Position numbers and translations under genes: made by a program. A stretch of 64,000 nucleotides of DNA from the NCBI GenBank assembly GCA_951406725.2, contig OX597826.1, forward strand, positions 17,980,001 through 18,044,000, in the 5' to 3' direction. This document shows, one piece after another, positions 1-14,002 of the stretch (within the stretch, counting starts at the first letter, position 1; each line of letters begins with the position of its first letter). This stretch comes from Octopus vulgaris. Lineage: Eukaryota. The notes under the pieces are model-generated. The model searched no databases. It worked only from the letters and a program-made list of their open reading frames with translations, and was not told the DNA's origin.

Positions 1-608
1 ATAATAAGTGTATAATAGGTGTATAATGAAGTACATGAATAGAAACAGAGCTAACAACTTTACACAGTCTAAAAAATAACCCTGCTAGGTTTAGTCCACA
101 ATTCAATTAAATTGCATAACTCATAATGAACACTTTCTGCTTAACTCACACAGCAAATTCATCATTACCCAGTAAAGTAACGCATCACATATTCTAACGT
201 AATCAACATCCAATACTTTAATACCTCTCTCAAAAGTTATATTCTATAGATTGTCACCCAATAATATAACAGAAACCTCACAACCTCCATTTGAACACTA
301 AAACAAACATACAAACTTAGACATCACACACAAACATCATCCAACAAACTACAACTAACATTGCATATATTCTGCACAATAAAACACCAAAACACATCCA
401 AAACCAATAAACCAAACCCAACAAGGTGCACCGGGTGATACAGAAAAACGTCACATAAAACTGTTGAAAACAAGATAGGTAATAGTAACTATTTATTAAA
501 TAGTTAATAATTTCTAACTTTGCCATATCCCAGAACATAATGAGGTATAATTAAATATTGCCAGGCATTTGGTTCAACTTTTTAATATCTCTGTTACTTC
601 ACCATCCC

Positions 609-609
609 T

Positions 610-650
<41 letters not shown>

Positions 651-913
651 AATAATAATAATAATAATAATAATGATAATAATAATAATAATAATAATGA
701 TATTTTCTAATTTATGCACAAGGCCCAAAATTTTGGGGGAGAGGGCCAGTCGATTAGATCGATCCCAATACACAACTGGTACTCAATTTATTGACCCCAA
801 AAGGATGAAAGGCAAAGTTGACCTCGGCAGAATTTGAATTCAGACCATAAAGACAGATGAAATATTGCTAAGCATTTTACCCAGCATGCTAACGATTCTG
901 CCAGCTCACTGCC

Positions 914-960
<47 letters not shown>

Positions 961-1083
961 TGACCCCTAAAAGGATGAAAGGCAAATCGATCTTGGTGGT
1001 AATTGAACTCAAAACACAAAGCTAGAAGAAATGCCGTGATGCATTTCATCCCGCATGCTAACAGTTCTACCAACTTCCTGCCT

Positions 1084-1118
<35 letters not shown>

Positions 1119-1620
1119 ATGATGATGATGATGATAATGATAACAATAATAACATTTCTCTATCCCTTTCATTACCATCAATCAAGATCAACAACAGTAC
1201 GTACCTTTGAATACTATTAATGATGATAATGATTATGTTGCCTATGATGAAGAGGACAATGATGATGATGATGATGATGAGGAGGAGGAGGAAGAAGAGG
1301 AGAGGAGGAGGACGACGACGACAACGACAACGACAATGATAACAATAAAGATGATGATGATGACAATTATAAGTGTGCCAGACTATAAAGGACCACGCTG
1401 GGGGTAGGGAATGATCGCATCACCTACCCCCATAACGTAAATAGTTGCAACTCATTAATATTCCCACAATAATACTATTCTGTTTTGCTAATGATGCAGT
1501 CTCCGTCGTTAAGTTTCTGTGTAATCTGACCTCTGACAGCCTTAAAGTCATCATCATGATCATGATCATCACCATCATCATCATTGTTGTCATTACCGTC
1601 GTCGTTGCAGTTGCCAACTC
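609..1620. repeat. Trinucleotide microsatellite cluster (CAA, TAA, TAG, GAT, GAG) with two SINE pieces
   Basis: Visible pure repeat runs; SINE segments at about 700-915 and 960-1085. Confidence 0.85.
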
Positions 1621-1986
1621 TCAAGTAACCCAGAGTAGCTTACCTCAGCAAAAACTCCCACCTCATTCCTCCATCTGTTGCATAATTTCTGTGTATGTGT
1701 GTGAATGTGTGTCTGTGTAACTGTGTGTGTGTGTGTGTAACTGTGCATGTGTGTATGTGTGCATCTGCTTGTGCATATAGAAGTGTGAATGAACGTCTGC
1801 ATATACAGAAGCATATGTATAAATATTTATGATTATGTCATGTCTGTGTGTGTAGACACACAGACATGTGCAAATGTATTTACATGGATGTGCTTTCAGC
1901 CTGTGTTTGCATTTGTACATATGTTTTTATAAAAGTGGATACATATACAAATAATGTATGTATTAAACTACACACAATTTTGTATA

Positions 1987-2048
<62 letters not shown>

Positions 2049-2070
2049 CACACATACATATATACATATA

Positions 2071-2113
<43 letters not shown>

Positions 2114-2479
2114 ATGAATAATTTCTCTTCTGCACATGGTATCTGATTCCTCTGGCATCTAGTTTCTCCTCTTAGCTCTCACTTGTGCTTTGTTGCTCAT
2201 GCATACACCTCCCCACACATGGGTGTATGTATAAATACCTTTAAGTGTGTTTGTGTGTGCTGTCTGTATGTTTATGTGTGTATACACGCGCACACACACA
2301 CACACACATATTTGTTTGCATATATATATATAGATATATATATATATCTATATATATATATATATATATATCAATGACCTACTTCTTATAGCTGAATCTG
2401 TAGACAGTTTAGAGAACAAAAATCCAGACATGGAAGCATAACCTTGAAGAAGGGACCTCAATAAATACTTGACAAAGAC

Positions 2480-3070
2480 TGAAGATGTAATAAGTCTAAA
2501 GAGACAAGACTCTGCTATTACCAGGGAGATGACTTTCCTTAATATGCAGAGAAGGAATTGGTAGGAATTTCATATATTATATTCAGTGCAAAACCATGGA
2601 TACATAAGAGGTGTTGTGGGATTACAAAAGGAAGATTTTGTTTGTGGCGGACACTCTGAAATAGTTAGTAGTACATGTGAACTAAATCCCTTAAAATAGC
2701 CTGAAGGATCCCTAAAAGTGACCTCAACTTAATTAGTAGCAGAGCTGGTTGTTTTGGAAGCAAAGCATTATACAAGAAGTTCAAGGAGTTATTACCTCTG
2801 GGGATAACAAAACTGTGACAGTTCTATAAAGAAGTGTTAAGTACTAAAACTGGATTGAACCTGTGGAATAAGTGAGTCTTTGGAAGATATGGTTACAAGA
2901 AGGGATACTTATTCCTAAGATGCTGAGACTCAAAGGAGGTAACAAGGGCTGTGACAATTGGTGGCATGAAAGGATGGAAAAGTACCATTATTAATGAAAA
3001 AGAGTCGTTAAATAATGATCGCAGTGGAGTCCAGAGGTTATAATATTTCTTCAGTTGACCTGACACACAT
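2480..3070 (-). mobile_element. Highly decayed LINE (CR1-group-like) 3' fragment
   Basis: Weak resemblance of minus-strand frames to the region C-terminal of a LINE RT; many stops. Confidence 0.3.
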
Positions 3071-3270
3071 CATATTTTTTCCTTTTACTTGTTTCCAGTT
3101 AATAGACAATGGCCATGCTGGGACCCCACTTTGAAGAATTTTTAGTTGAATGAATTGACCCCAGCATTTATTTCTTTTCTTTTAAACCTGATACTTTATT
3201 TTGTTGGTCTTTTTTGTCGAACAGCTAAGTTATGTGAATGTAAACACACCAGCACCAGGCACAAAGGCAC

Positions 3271-3448
<178 letters not shown>

Positions 3449-5091
3449 AAGTACAGGTGAGGATATAACCCTCAGAGGGATAAAAATAGCCAAGATTAGA
3501 CTGGTTGAATACCTAACAATATAGGTGCATGCATATGTATTATCATTTCCAGGCTTGCATGGGTCAGATGAAATTTATTGACGCAGATGCCTTTCCTGTC
3601 ACCAACACTCAACTGTTTCCAAACAAGGTAATATATTCCTAAGGCCAGGCATGCTTTACATGGAAGATTGGAAAAGAACACCCTTACTTTTTTGACAGTA
3701 ATGCTCATTTTCAACCTATTTCTTTACTACCCACAAGCACAGAGAGGACAAGCAAGGACAGACAAATGAATTAAGTTGATTATATTGACCCTAGTGCGTA
3801 ACTGGTACTTATTTAATCAACCCCAAAAGGATGAAAGGCAAAGTCGACCTCGGCGGAATTTGAACTTAGTGTCAAGACAAGAGGACCCTCACACATATAC
3901 ATACACACATATATAAGATAAGCTTCTTTCAGTTTCTACCAAATCTACTCACAAGGCTTTAATTAACTCAGGATTATAGATGTTTGCCCAAGGTGCAACT
4001 TAGGACTAAACTTGAAACTTTATGGTTGGGAAGCAAGCTTGTCATCCACATAGCAATGCCATTATATTCTTATAAACAAATAGATACTATCAAAGCATTG
4101 TTGTATATCTGGATGGTCTTCCTGTTGCAAACCCTTGTTTATCAAATAAGTTTTCATTGAACCAACTCACCTTTAAAAACACAGAGCTACTGGATGATTT
4201 ATTGACAGAGGAATATCAACAAACATTACCGTTTGTAGCTTATCATTTTGTTTTATACAGACACACCAAACATATGTACACATGAATACACATACACACA
4301 CACACACACACATACACACACACACACACACTTTAATAATCTATTAATAATTAAACAAATGATTACGTTACAAAGGATAAACTGTGAAAAGATTAATTAA
4401 ACAATCTAATTCTAGCTCAGATTTACAAAATGGTATTTTAAGTTTGGAATCATTTCAAGCTTACATTCAAGTTTCAAATTAAAAGTTTAAGTTTGTTACC
4501 AAATATTGTTAAATTTAGGAGCATGTCTAGTTAAAGGAGATTAATTAAAGGAGATTATGTGCTTGAGTCATAGATTCTTGAGGCATTACCCACAAGTTTT
4601 GGTTTTTCTGACTTTTTAATGGATTCTTTTTTCCCTTCTTTCTTTTTATCCCTTTCATTCTTCTCTCCCTCCCTCCCATTGACTTATGATAAACGCTTCT
4701 GCTTTGTTCAGGTTCAACAAATATTTGATCTTTTCAACAGGAGACGTTGGCTCTCTTATAACATGAACTCTAACTGAGCATACAGCTACTTGGTTTCCTT
4801 CTGTTACATTTTGGTGCTTTGACCTTTTGTTTCAATCAAGGCATGTTTCTTAAACTTTATTTATTAGCATTTATTTATATACTCTTTTACTTGTTTCAAT
4901 CATTTTGACTGTAGCCATGCTGGAGCACCACCTTTTAGTTGAACAAATTGACCTCAGGGCTTAATTCTTTGTAAGACTAGTACTTATTCTATCAGTCTTT
5001 TTTTGCTGAACCACTAAGTTACAGGAACATAAACACACCAACATCAGTTGTCAAGCGATGGTGGGGGGGATAAACACAGACACACAAATAC

Positions 5092-5140
<49 letters not shown>

Positions 5141-5201
5141 AAATTAGAAAATGGAGAAACATACTTAAATCAATCAAACATCGGATATATGTTATCCCCA
5201 T

Positions 5202-5261
<60 letters not shown>

Positions 5262-5297
5262 GGTTGAATTTTCAACCCTATCTCATTTTATAACTGA

Positions 5298-5344
<47 letters not shown>

Positions 5345-5411
5345 CTGTATATATATATGTATGTATATATATATATGTGTATATGTATATATATATATAT
5401 ATATGTATATA

Positions 5412-5619
5412 CAGTAATCCCTCACCACATTGCAGTTCCCCCATCATAGTTTATTATTTAAGCTTACAGTTTTTTTTGCATTTATGATAAAATAAATATA
5501 TTCAAATTTAAAAAATAGTATAAAAAAACATATAGTACAGTACTTTTTTTACTTTGTGAATTTTCACCTATTGTGGGAGGTTTTGGAGCATAATACCTGC
5601 AATAGTTGAGGGATTATCG
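5412..5619. mobile_element. Tc1/pogo-type MITE
   Basis: Imperfect TIRs CAGTAATCCCTC...GAGGGATTATCG flanked by TA on both sides. Confidence 0.65.
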
Positions 5620-5696
5620 TATATATATGTACATATATGAGTGTGTGGACAAATGAAAGAAGGGCACTCAACAAATTTATTGGGAGTTACATGTAT

Positions 5697-8334
5697 AGAT
5701 CAAAACAGTTTGATTCAAACTCATGGGTACTCTTGGGTTTCAAGCATGATGCTAGCCATCAGCCACTTTGAATGTGAATGACAAAAGTTTTTTGTCATTA
5801 CCATAAGGTAGGCTGCGATTGGTCGAGGAAGGTCACGTGATGTTTTGGTCTGATGTTGGTATATGGGTAACAGTTAGCTGGAAAATACCACATGGTGAAC
5901 AGGAAATTGATCACACGGAGGAGAGGAAATAGACCATGTGGCAGATAGGAAACTGGTCAGGTTGTTGGTGGGCAGGGAGTATATAGTGGCAGCATGTGCA
6001 AGTATATAGTGGGTGTGTAGACACACTCATATGGTTTTGCGTGCATGTGTGTATTGATGCAAGTGTGTGCATCTGTACATAGGCATGCATACATCAGCAC
6101 ACACACATACACTTGGATGAACACACATATACACACACATACACATGCATATGCACACATGCACACACACATGCATATTCATTCATATGTACATATGTAT
6201 ATTCACATGCATGTACACATGCATACCAATATGCATACACATGTGCATTCATGCATGCGAGTATACACATGCAAAACAAGCATTGGGTATTTGTAAGCAT
6301 TTTGAATTGGTAAGAGCTGGGGACTGGAATGCGTTGGGGGTTGGTAAACATTGGGGACTGGTAATTGGCGGTCCTGCTCATGGGGTTGGTTGGTTGGTAG
6401 CAGTGACTTTGGTACCTTGTCTGACGTCTCTATGGGGAGCTTTGATGGGGTGCTTTGACAGGGCTGATATCGCTGGCCTCGTTGGGTTATACATCTTGGA
6501 TACCATCAAGAGACGTATCCATCCACATAGGTCAGCCCTCTATAGGGATGCTGGTCTGGCTATCTCAAGCCCTATGAATGGCCACACCATGGACAGGTTC
6601 AAGAAGGACTTGATAAAAATATTTAAGTAGTTTGGCCTGTCCATAAAGGTTACCACTAACCTGACTACAGTCGATTTCTTCGACATAACCTGTACAGGAA
6701 GCCTAATGGGGATACAGTATTCATCCACAAGAGCTCAAACCATCCCCCTAGTTCCAGGTATTAGTAAATGACTATCTAATTTCTCGGCTAATAGAGAGAT
6801 CTTTTACACTACAAGAATGCTTTGACTAGGAGTGGGCTTACTGAGAAGTTCACGTATGTGGACAGCTTCCCAAACCCCTCCCCTCATCCCAAAAGGATTA
6901 ACAAAACGAAAATTAAATGGTATAACCCCCCCCTTTCAACCTAGAAGTTTTCACCAACATAGCTAGGGGCTTCCTGTCGCTAATTAAGAAACACTTCCCC
7001 ACAGGCCATAAGTACTACTAACTCTTCAACCTCCATGATGTCAAGGTGAACTAGTCCAGCTTAGACAACATCACATCTAACATTGCAGCATCAACAGACG
7101 TAAAAATGTACCTACACCACCCCCAACCCCAACTTGCAACTACTGAAACCCCACCATGTGCCCTCTAGAAGGATCTTGCCTCTCAAAGGCTGTAGTATAG
7201 AGAGCCACCCATACACCATCCGGTGGCATTACTAGGCACTATACGGGTATGATATCTAATGACTTCAAGGGAAGCTACTCCCAGCATATGCACTCATTCA
7301 GATTCAGGGACAAAGCGAACTCTACTTCCCTACCTCATTTTTTCTGGAGACTCTATGATCTCCAAGATGAAATAACCAGCATCAAATGGACTATTGTTGG
7401 CAGAGTGCCACCATATTCACCCGGTGCTCCCAACTGCCAGCTCTGCCTCCGCGACAAACTGCATATCCTCCAACAACCCACAGTATCTATCAACAAGGAA
7501 CACGATTTATCGTATTGCTGTCACCATAGATATGCCCTTCTGGCAAATTTCAGGCCTCTGACTGCCGACAACCCAGATATACCACCTTAGCACCAGCTGC
7601 TACTCTGCGCTGCTTAAACCAAGGTCACTGCTACTAACCAACCCCGTGAGTAGGACTGCCAATTACCAACCCCCAATGCATACCGATCCCCAACACTTAT
7701 TTTGTGCATGTATACTCACCCATGTGCATGCATGAATGCCCATGTACACATGCATGTGTATGTGCATGCACACTAGTATGCATGCACACATGCATACGAA
7801 TATACATATGCACTTATGAATGAATATTCATGTGTGTGTGTGTGAGTATATGTGTATATGTCTGCATGTGTGCATATGTGCATTATGTGTATTCATGTGC
7901 ACATATGTGTGTTCATCCAAGTGTGTGTATGTGCAGACATGTGCGTGTGTACCCATGTACAGATGCACATGCTCACATCAATACACACATGCATGCAAAA
8001 CCATTTGAGCGTGTCTACTCACCCACATACAGAACTATATACTTGCACATGCTGCCCCTTCCTACTCCCCACCAACAACTTGACCAATTTCCTATCTGCC
8101 ATTGACTATTTCCTCTCCTCCATGTGGTCGATTTCCTATTCACCATGCAGTACTTTCCAACTAACTGTTACCCATATATCAACATCAAACCATGACACCA
8201 TGTGACTTTCCTTGACCAATCACAGCTCACCTTACAGTAATAATAAACAACTTTTATCATTCAAATGGTTGATGACTAGCATCACGCTTGAAAATCAAGA
8301 TTACCAACGAATTTGAATCAAACTGTTTTGATCC

Positions 8335-8337
<3 letters not shown>
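5697..8337 (+). mobile_element. 5'-truncated Penelope-like element (RT C-terminus plus C-terminal GIY-YIG endonuclease, pseudogenised) with inverted pseudo-LTR
   Basis: About 6440-7590 encodes LYRDAGL (YRDD motif), VDFFDIT, IHKSSNHPP, WYNPP, C-N-Y-*-NPTMCPLEGSCL, VVYRA...HYTG (GIY-YIG) and CQLCLRDK, with stops and frameshifts. 5697-6413 is an inverted copy of 7618-8337. The element ends in (TA)n. Confidence 0.9.
8259..8318 (+). ncRNA. Degenerate type I hammerhead ribozyme in the Penelope pseudo-LTR (second copy at about 5713-5773, minus)
   Basis: TGG-TTGATGA-CTAGCATCACGCTT-GAAA-ATCAAGAT-TA-CCA. The inverted copy has CTGATGG, so the two-copy consensus restores CUGAUGA. Confidence 0.6.
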
Positions 8338-8419
<82 letters not shown>

Positions 8420-8510
8420 CATATATATATATATATATATACATACATATACTCCCAGCATATGCACTCATTCAGATTCAGGGACAAAGCGAACTCTACT
8501 TCCCTACCTC

Positions 8511-9133
<623 letters not shown>

Positions 9134-10418
9134 CATCATTTAACATCCGTTTTCCATGCTAGCATGGGTTGGACGGTTCGACCGGGGTCTGGTAAGCCAT
9201 GGAGGCTGCACCAGGCTCTAGTCTGATTTGGCAGTATAGTGGGTGTTTTTACGTGCTACAAGCACAGAAGCCAGAGCAGGCTGGCAAACGGCCATGATCG
9301 GTTGGTACTTTTATGTGTCACTGACACGGACGCCAGTCAGCCGGCGCTGGCATCTGCCACGTTTGGACAGTGCTTTTTACGAGTCACCAGCACGGGTGTC
9401 TTAATTACAATTTCCTATATATACATATATGTACGATGGACTTCTTTCAGTTACCATCTCCAAAATCCACTCACAAAGCTTTAGTCAGCCTGAAGCTATA
9501 GTAGAAGGTGCCATGCAGTGAGACTGAACCTGGAACCATGTGGTTGGGAAGCAAGCTCTTATCACACACCCACTCATGTTTTATTTTTTAAATTTTTATT
9601 TTATCTGTTTTAGTCATTAAACTGTGGCCATGCTGGTGCACCACTCTGAAGAACCCCCAGCTAAATGAATCAACCTCAATACCATTTTTTTTAAAGATTG
9701 GTACTTATTTTATCAATCTCTTTGCTGCTGAACCACTAAGTCATGGGAATGCAAACAACACTGGCCATCAGGTAGTGGTGAGGGACAAACACAGAGACAC
9801 AAACACACACACATGAGGTAGAGAAGTAGCGTTCTCTCTGTCCCTGAATCTGAATGAGTGCATATGCTGGGAGTAGCTTCCCTTGAAGTCATTAGATATC
9901 ATACCCGTATAGTGCTTAGTAATGTCACCGGATGGTGTATGGGTGGCTCTGTATACTACAGCCCTTAAGAAGCAAGATCCTTCTATTATATATATTATAT
10001 ATATATATAATATATGACAAGCTTCTTTCAGTTTCTGTTTACCAAATCCACTCACAAGGCTTCGGTTGGTCTGATGCTTTAGTGGAAGACATTTGCCCAA
10101 GGTGCCAAGCCATGGGACTGAACCTAAAACCATCTGGTTGGGAAGCAAACTTCTTACCATATAGTTACACCTGTACCTATATTAAGAAAATATCTTTTTA
10201 AAGTCGTTAAGTATTTAAAAGAATTATTCAAAACAGAAAATGTTACAAACCTTCCAGAAAGAAATTTTCATATAGTGTGTATTTTGTTTGTAAGCACTTT
10301 CATTCATGTATTTAAAAAGTTGAACAATATTTACACACAAAATGCACAATAAATGAAAACTTCTTTCCCAAAGGTTTTTGACATTCTGCTTTTTAAATAT
10401 ATATATATATATATATAT

Positions 10419-11600
10419 AATTAATTAATAAGGGTGAGAGAATTAGATACTAATTTAATAGCATATCTATTCAACACCAAGTGGCCCAGTGCCTCGAGAA
10501 ACCTGGATTATTATAATATTTTATAATATATTATAATATTTTATACAAAAATAAATATAAGAGAATGGTCACTATGTGGCTCATTCTAGCACTAGAAAAT
10601 CCAAAAGGTTTCAACCACAAAAATACATGTTTCCTATGAAAGTCAGTACGATTGTTAGCTCACACGAACAGGGCAAATAAAAAATAACAAAAATACAGAT
10701 TATTTTGGGACAATTGTTTCGCTATTAATGAATTAAATGTAATTTTACTTACAAAAAACCCACTTGTAGCTCCTCAGCCAAAACTATCTGGATGAAATCC
10801 ACTCAATCACACGCCAGATTTTACCATAACGATAAATACATGTGTGGTTCAATTGATTACATCCGACGTTATAATTCAAATGCCCTTACCAACAGCGCGC
10901 CAAACTTTCACGGAAACAAATACTACATTTAGAAATAAATGTAGCATAATTATAATTAATTAATAAGGGTGAGAGAATTAGATACTAATTTAATAGCATA
11001 TCTATTCAACACCAAGTGGCCCAGTGCCTCTTTTGGATTTTCTAGTGCTAGAATGAGCCACATAGTGACCATTCTCTTATATTTATTTTTGTATAAAATA
11101 TTATAATATATTATAAAATATTATAATAATCCAGGTTTCTCGAGGCACTGGGCCACTTGGTGTTGAATAGATATGCTATTAAATTAGTATCTAATTCTGT
11201 CACCCTTATTAATTAATTATAATTATGCTACATTTATTTCTAAATGTAGTATTTGTTTCCGTGAAAGTTTGGCGCGCTGTTGGTAAGGGCATTTGAATTA
11301 TAACGTCGGATGTAATCAATTGAACCACACGTGTATTTATCGTTATGGTAAAATCTGGCGTGTGATTGAGTGGATTTCATCCAGATAGTTTTGGCTGAGG
11401 AGCTACAAGTGGGTTTTTTGTAAGTAAAATTACAATTGTCCCAAAATAATCTGTATTTTTGTTATTTTTTATTTGCCCTGTTCGTGTGAGCTAACAATCG
11501 TACTGACTTTCATAGGAAACATGTATTTTTGTGGTTGAAACCTTTTGGATTTTCTAGTGCTAGAATGAGCCACATAGTGACCATTCTCTTATATTTATTT
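10419..11600. mobile_element. Fold-back retrozyme-like / non-autonomous Penelope element (family B), 535-nt monomer
   Basis: Left arm 10419-11030 repeats with period 535 (10431 = 10966). Right arm 11031-11600 is inverted, starts at a different phase and has period 512 because of a 23-nt deletion. (TA)n on both sides. Confidence 0.9.
10696..10790 (-). ncRNA. Type I hammerhead ribozyme, intact catalytic core
   Basis: Minus strand: CAGATAGTTTTGG-CTGAGGA-GCTA-(42 nt)-TAGC-GAAA-CAATTG-TC-CCAAAATAATCTG. GUC triplet, predicted cut between 10709 and 10708; palindromic stem III. Confidence 0.9.
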
Positions 11601-11620
11601 ATATATATATATATATATAT

Positions 11621-12458
11621 TTACATCTAATATAGGGTAATATTTTCGAAAAAATCTTATCAGTGGCCAGCATATTAAAAAATACCTTTGAAGGCTAAAT
11701 TTATTAACAACTTATAAACAAAGGCAAAAACAAAAAAATTCCAATGCCAAATATGCCGAAAATCGTCAATAACCATATAATTCATCACTATAAGCATGTG
11801 TCTCGAAGCAAGCCGACAGAAATTTCTAAAAAATTTCATTATTACCGAATCGGCCCCAATTTCTGAGTTAATTCATAAAGAATTTTCTCATCGTCAGTGG
11901 TAAATACGATAAGAAATAAATGAGATACTTACTTGCACCCATGGAAGAAGTAGCCACCAAGTCATGAGTACACTTAAGTACCCCCAAATATATCCAAAAT
12001 AGAAATTCTACAGCACTCCCTGAGATACATGTGATTTTTCGAAAATTTTATCCTATATTAGATGTAAATTTAATACTATTCACTTCCAGACTCACTCACT
12101 CTATGAGAATTTTCAGTCCGATCATACGCGTCTCGGGTGTGCTGCAGAATTTCTATTTTGGATATATTTGGAGTATTTAAGTGTACACATGACTTGGTGT
12201 CTACTTCTTCCATGGGCGCAAGTAAGTATCTCATTTATTTCTTATCGTATTTACTGCTGACGACGAGAAAATTCTTTATGAATTAACTCAGAAATCAGGG
12301 CCGATTCGTTAATAACAGAATTTTTTAGAAATTTCTGTCGGCTTGCTTCGAGACACGTGCTTATAGTGATGAATTATGTGGTTATTGATGATTTAAGTCT
12401 ATTTTCGGCATATTTGGCATTGGAAGATTTTTCTTTTGTCCTTGTATATAAGTTGTTT
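11621..12458. mobile_element. Fold-back element (family C), circularly permuted about 470-nt monomer with degenerate hammerhead
   Basis: About 11706-12016 is inverted relative to about 12131-12457, and about 12032-12067 is the reverse complement of 11621-11656. CTGACGA 12257-12263, GAGA-CACGTG 12350-12359. (TA)n flanks. Confidence 0.8.
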
Positions 12459-12475
12459 ATATATATATATATATA

Positions 12476-12920
12476 CAAGCAAAACGCCCCCTGTCCAATT
12501 GACAGTGCTAAGTTGTCAAACATTTAAACAAAATTTTCTCAAAACAACTTGTCCGACCGTCCCATAGACCTCCCCTTTGAGAAACACTGATTTAACCTAA
12601 ATTTGAGACACCAGCAAAAGACGAAATAAAGATAGACATTTTTTCTATTCCAAAGAAAAACGATTTTATTCACACAAATATGCAACCGAAGAGTTTAAAG
12701 TACCAGTAAGTACATTGCAACTGCTGATGTACTTGTGCATTCAAAGGCACGTTCCCACAGCTTTGTCGATGGCATTCTCACCTGGAATCGATTTTTGTAA
12801 TTTTTTCAAGACTTATACTGTCGGTATCTACATATCAAATTTGAGCACAATCGGATGGAGGATGCCCGAGATCCTAGAAGACACACACACAGACTGATAG
12901 AACGGATTTTATATAATAGA
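12476..12920 (-). mobile_element. Non-autonomous Helitron-like element
   Basis: Minus strand starts A|TCTATTATATAAAA and ends with a CTGTC/GACAG hairpin then CTTG|T (variant of CTRR). Confidence 0.45.
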
Positions 12921-13441
12921 TATATATATTTAAATACTTCATAACCTTTAAAAGCATTTTCTTTAAACAGTTTGATTATATCAAGTAGTTTATTCAAAAA
13001 CTTTTAACTATCGGTGACACATAAAAGGTACCTGTGTTGGTGGTGGTGGTGGTGGTGGAAGCTGAAATCAGCTCACTGTGTGTGTATATGTGTGTGTGTT
13101 TCTCTCCTCCACTCACTGTTGACAACCAGTTTGGTGTGTTTCTGTCGCCATAACTTAGCAGTTTGGCAAAGCCGACCAATAAAATAAGTACCAAGCTGTA
13201 AAAAAGAAGTACTGGGGTTGACTCATTCAAGTAAAATTCATTGAGGTAGTGTCTCAACGTGGCCGGCTGATGACTGAAACAAGTAAAAGAATAAAAGAAT
13301 GACAGTTCTCCAATTTCCTCTCTATCACATTTTATTCATAACCCAAGGCTATAGCAGCAGACATTTTTCTAAGTTGATATACCCAAATCTGGACTACGGA
13401 GTTGTAAACAGAGTTTCTTAAACAGCCTTGCCTGCATCAGT

Positions 13442-13610
13442 TAACCCTTAAACATTCAGATTATTCTGTCAAATGTAATGCTTATTGATTCCCTTTATTT
13501 TCAGAATGATATTGTATGGAACGTGTGACAGGTTGAATCTAGCCAGCTCGAACAGGCAACATGTAGAATATTTGGGCTGGATATGGCCAGTTTAAATACA
13601 TATGGGTTAA
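13442..13610. mobile_element. piggyBac-type MITE (related copies at about 33957-34149, 46330-46559, 53496-53716)
   Basis: TTAA-CCC...GGG-TTAA ends; internal sequence shared among copies. Confidence 0.65.
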
Positions 13611-13961
13611 ATATAAAGATATTTGTATATGATGGGCAAGTAAATTCACTAAAGGAACATTGTGAAGATAGAATAAAAAACAATACATTTCTTGATACTA
13701 TCTCAGATATTCATGTGATTACATATATAACTGTTACTTTTTTTTATCCACCAGTTTTAGTGCACATTGGGTATTTCTGTAAATTTACTGATTTATGATT
13801 TGGGATTTTTAATCCTAAATCCTATTACACATGGTCTCCATTTCACAAATATCATTGCATGAAAGGAAAGGAATTTATAATTTCCATTATTTTAATATCA
13901 TATATCTTTTGTCTCTCTTTTTCACTCACATGTCCACATGAATACACACACGCACACACGT

Positions 13962-14002
<41 letters not shown>

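Noticed and set aside
7144-7146. In-frame TGA inside the Cys motif of the Penelope element, suggesting selenocysteine as in some Naiad elements
   Set aside because: It falls after the second Cys position, where Arg (CGA) is plausible, so CpG decay explains it. The copy has other stops and frameshifts, and its endonuclease is C-terminal, unlike Naiads.
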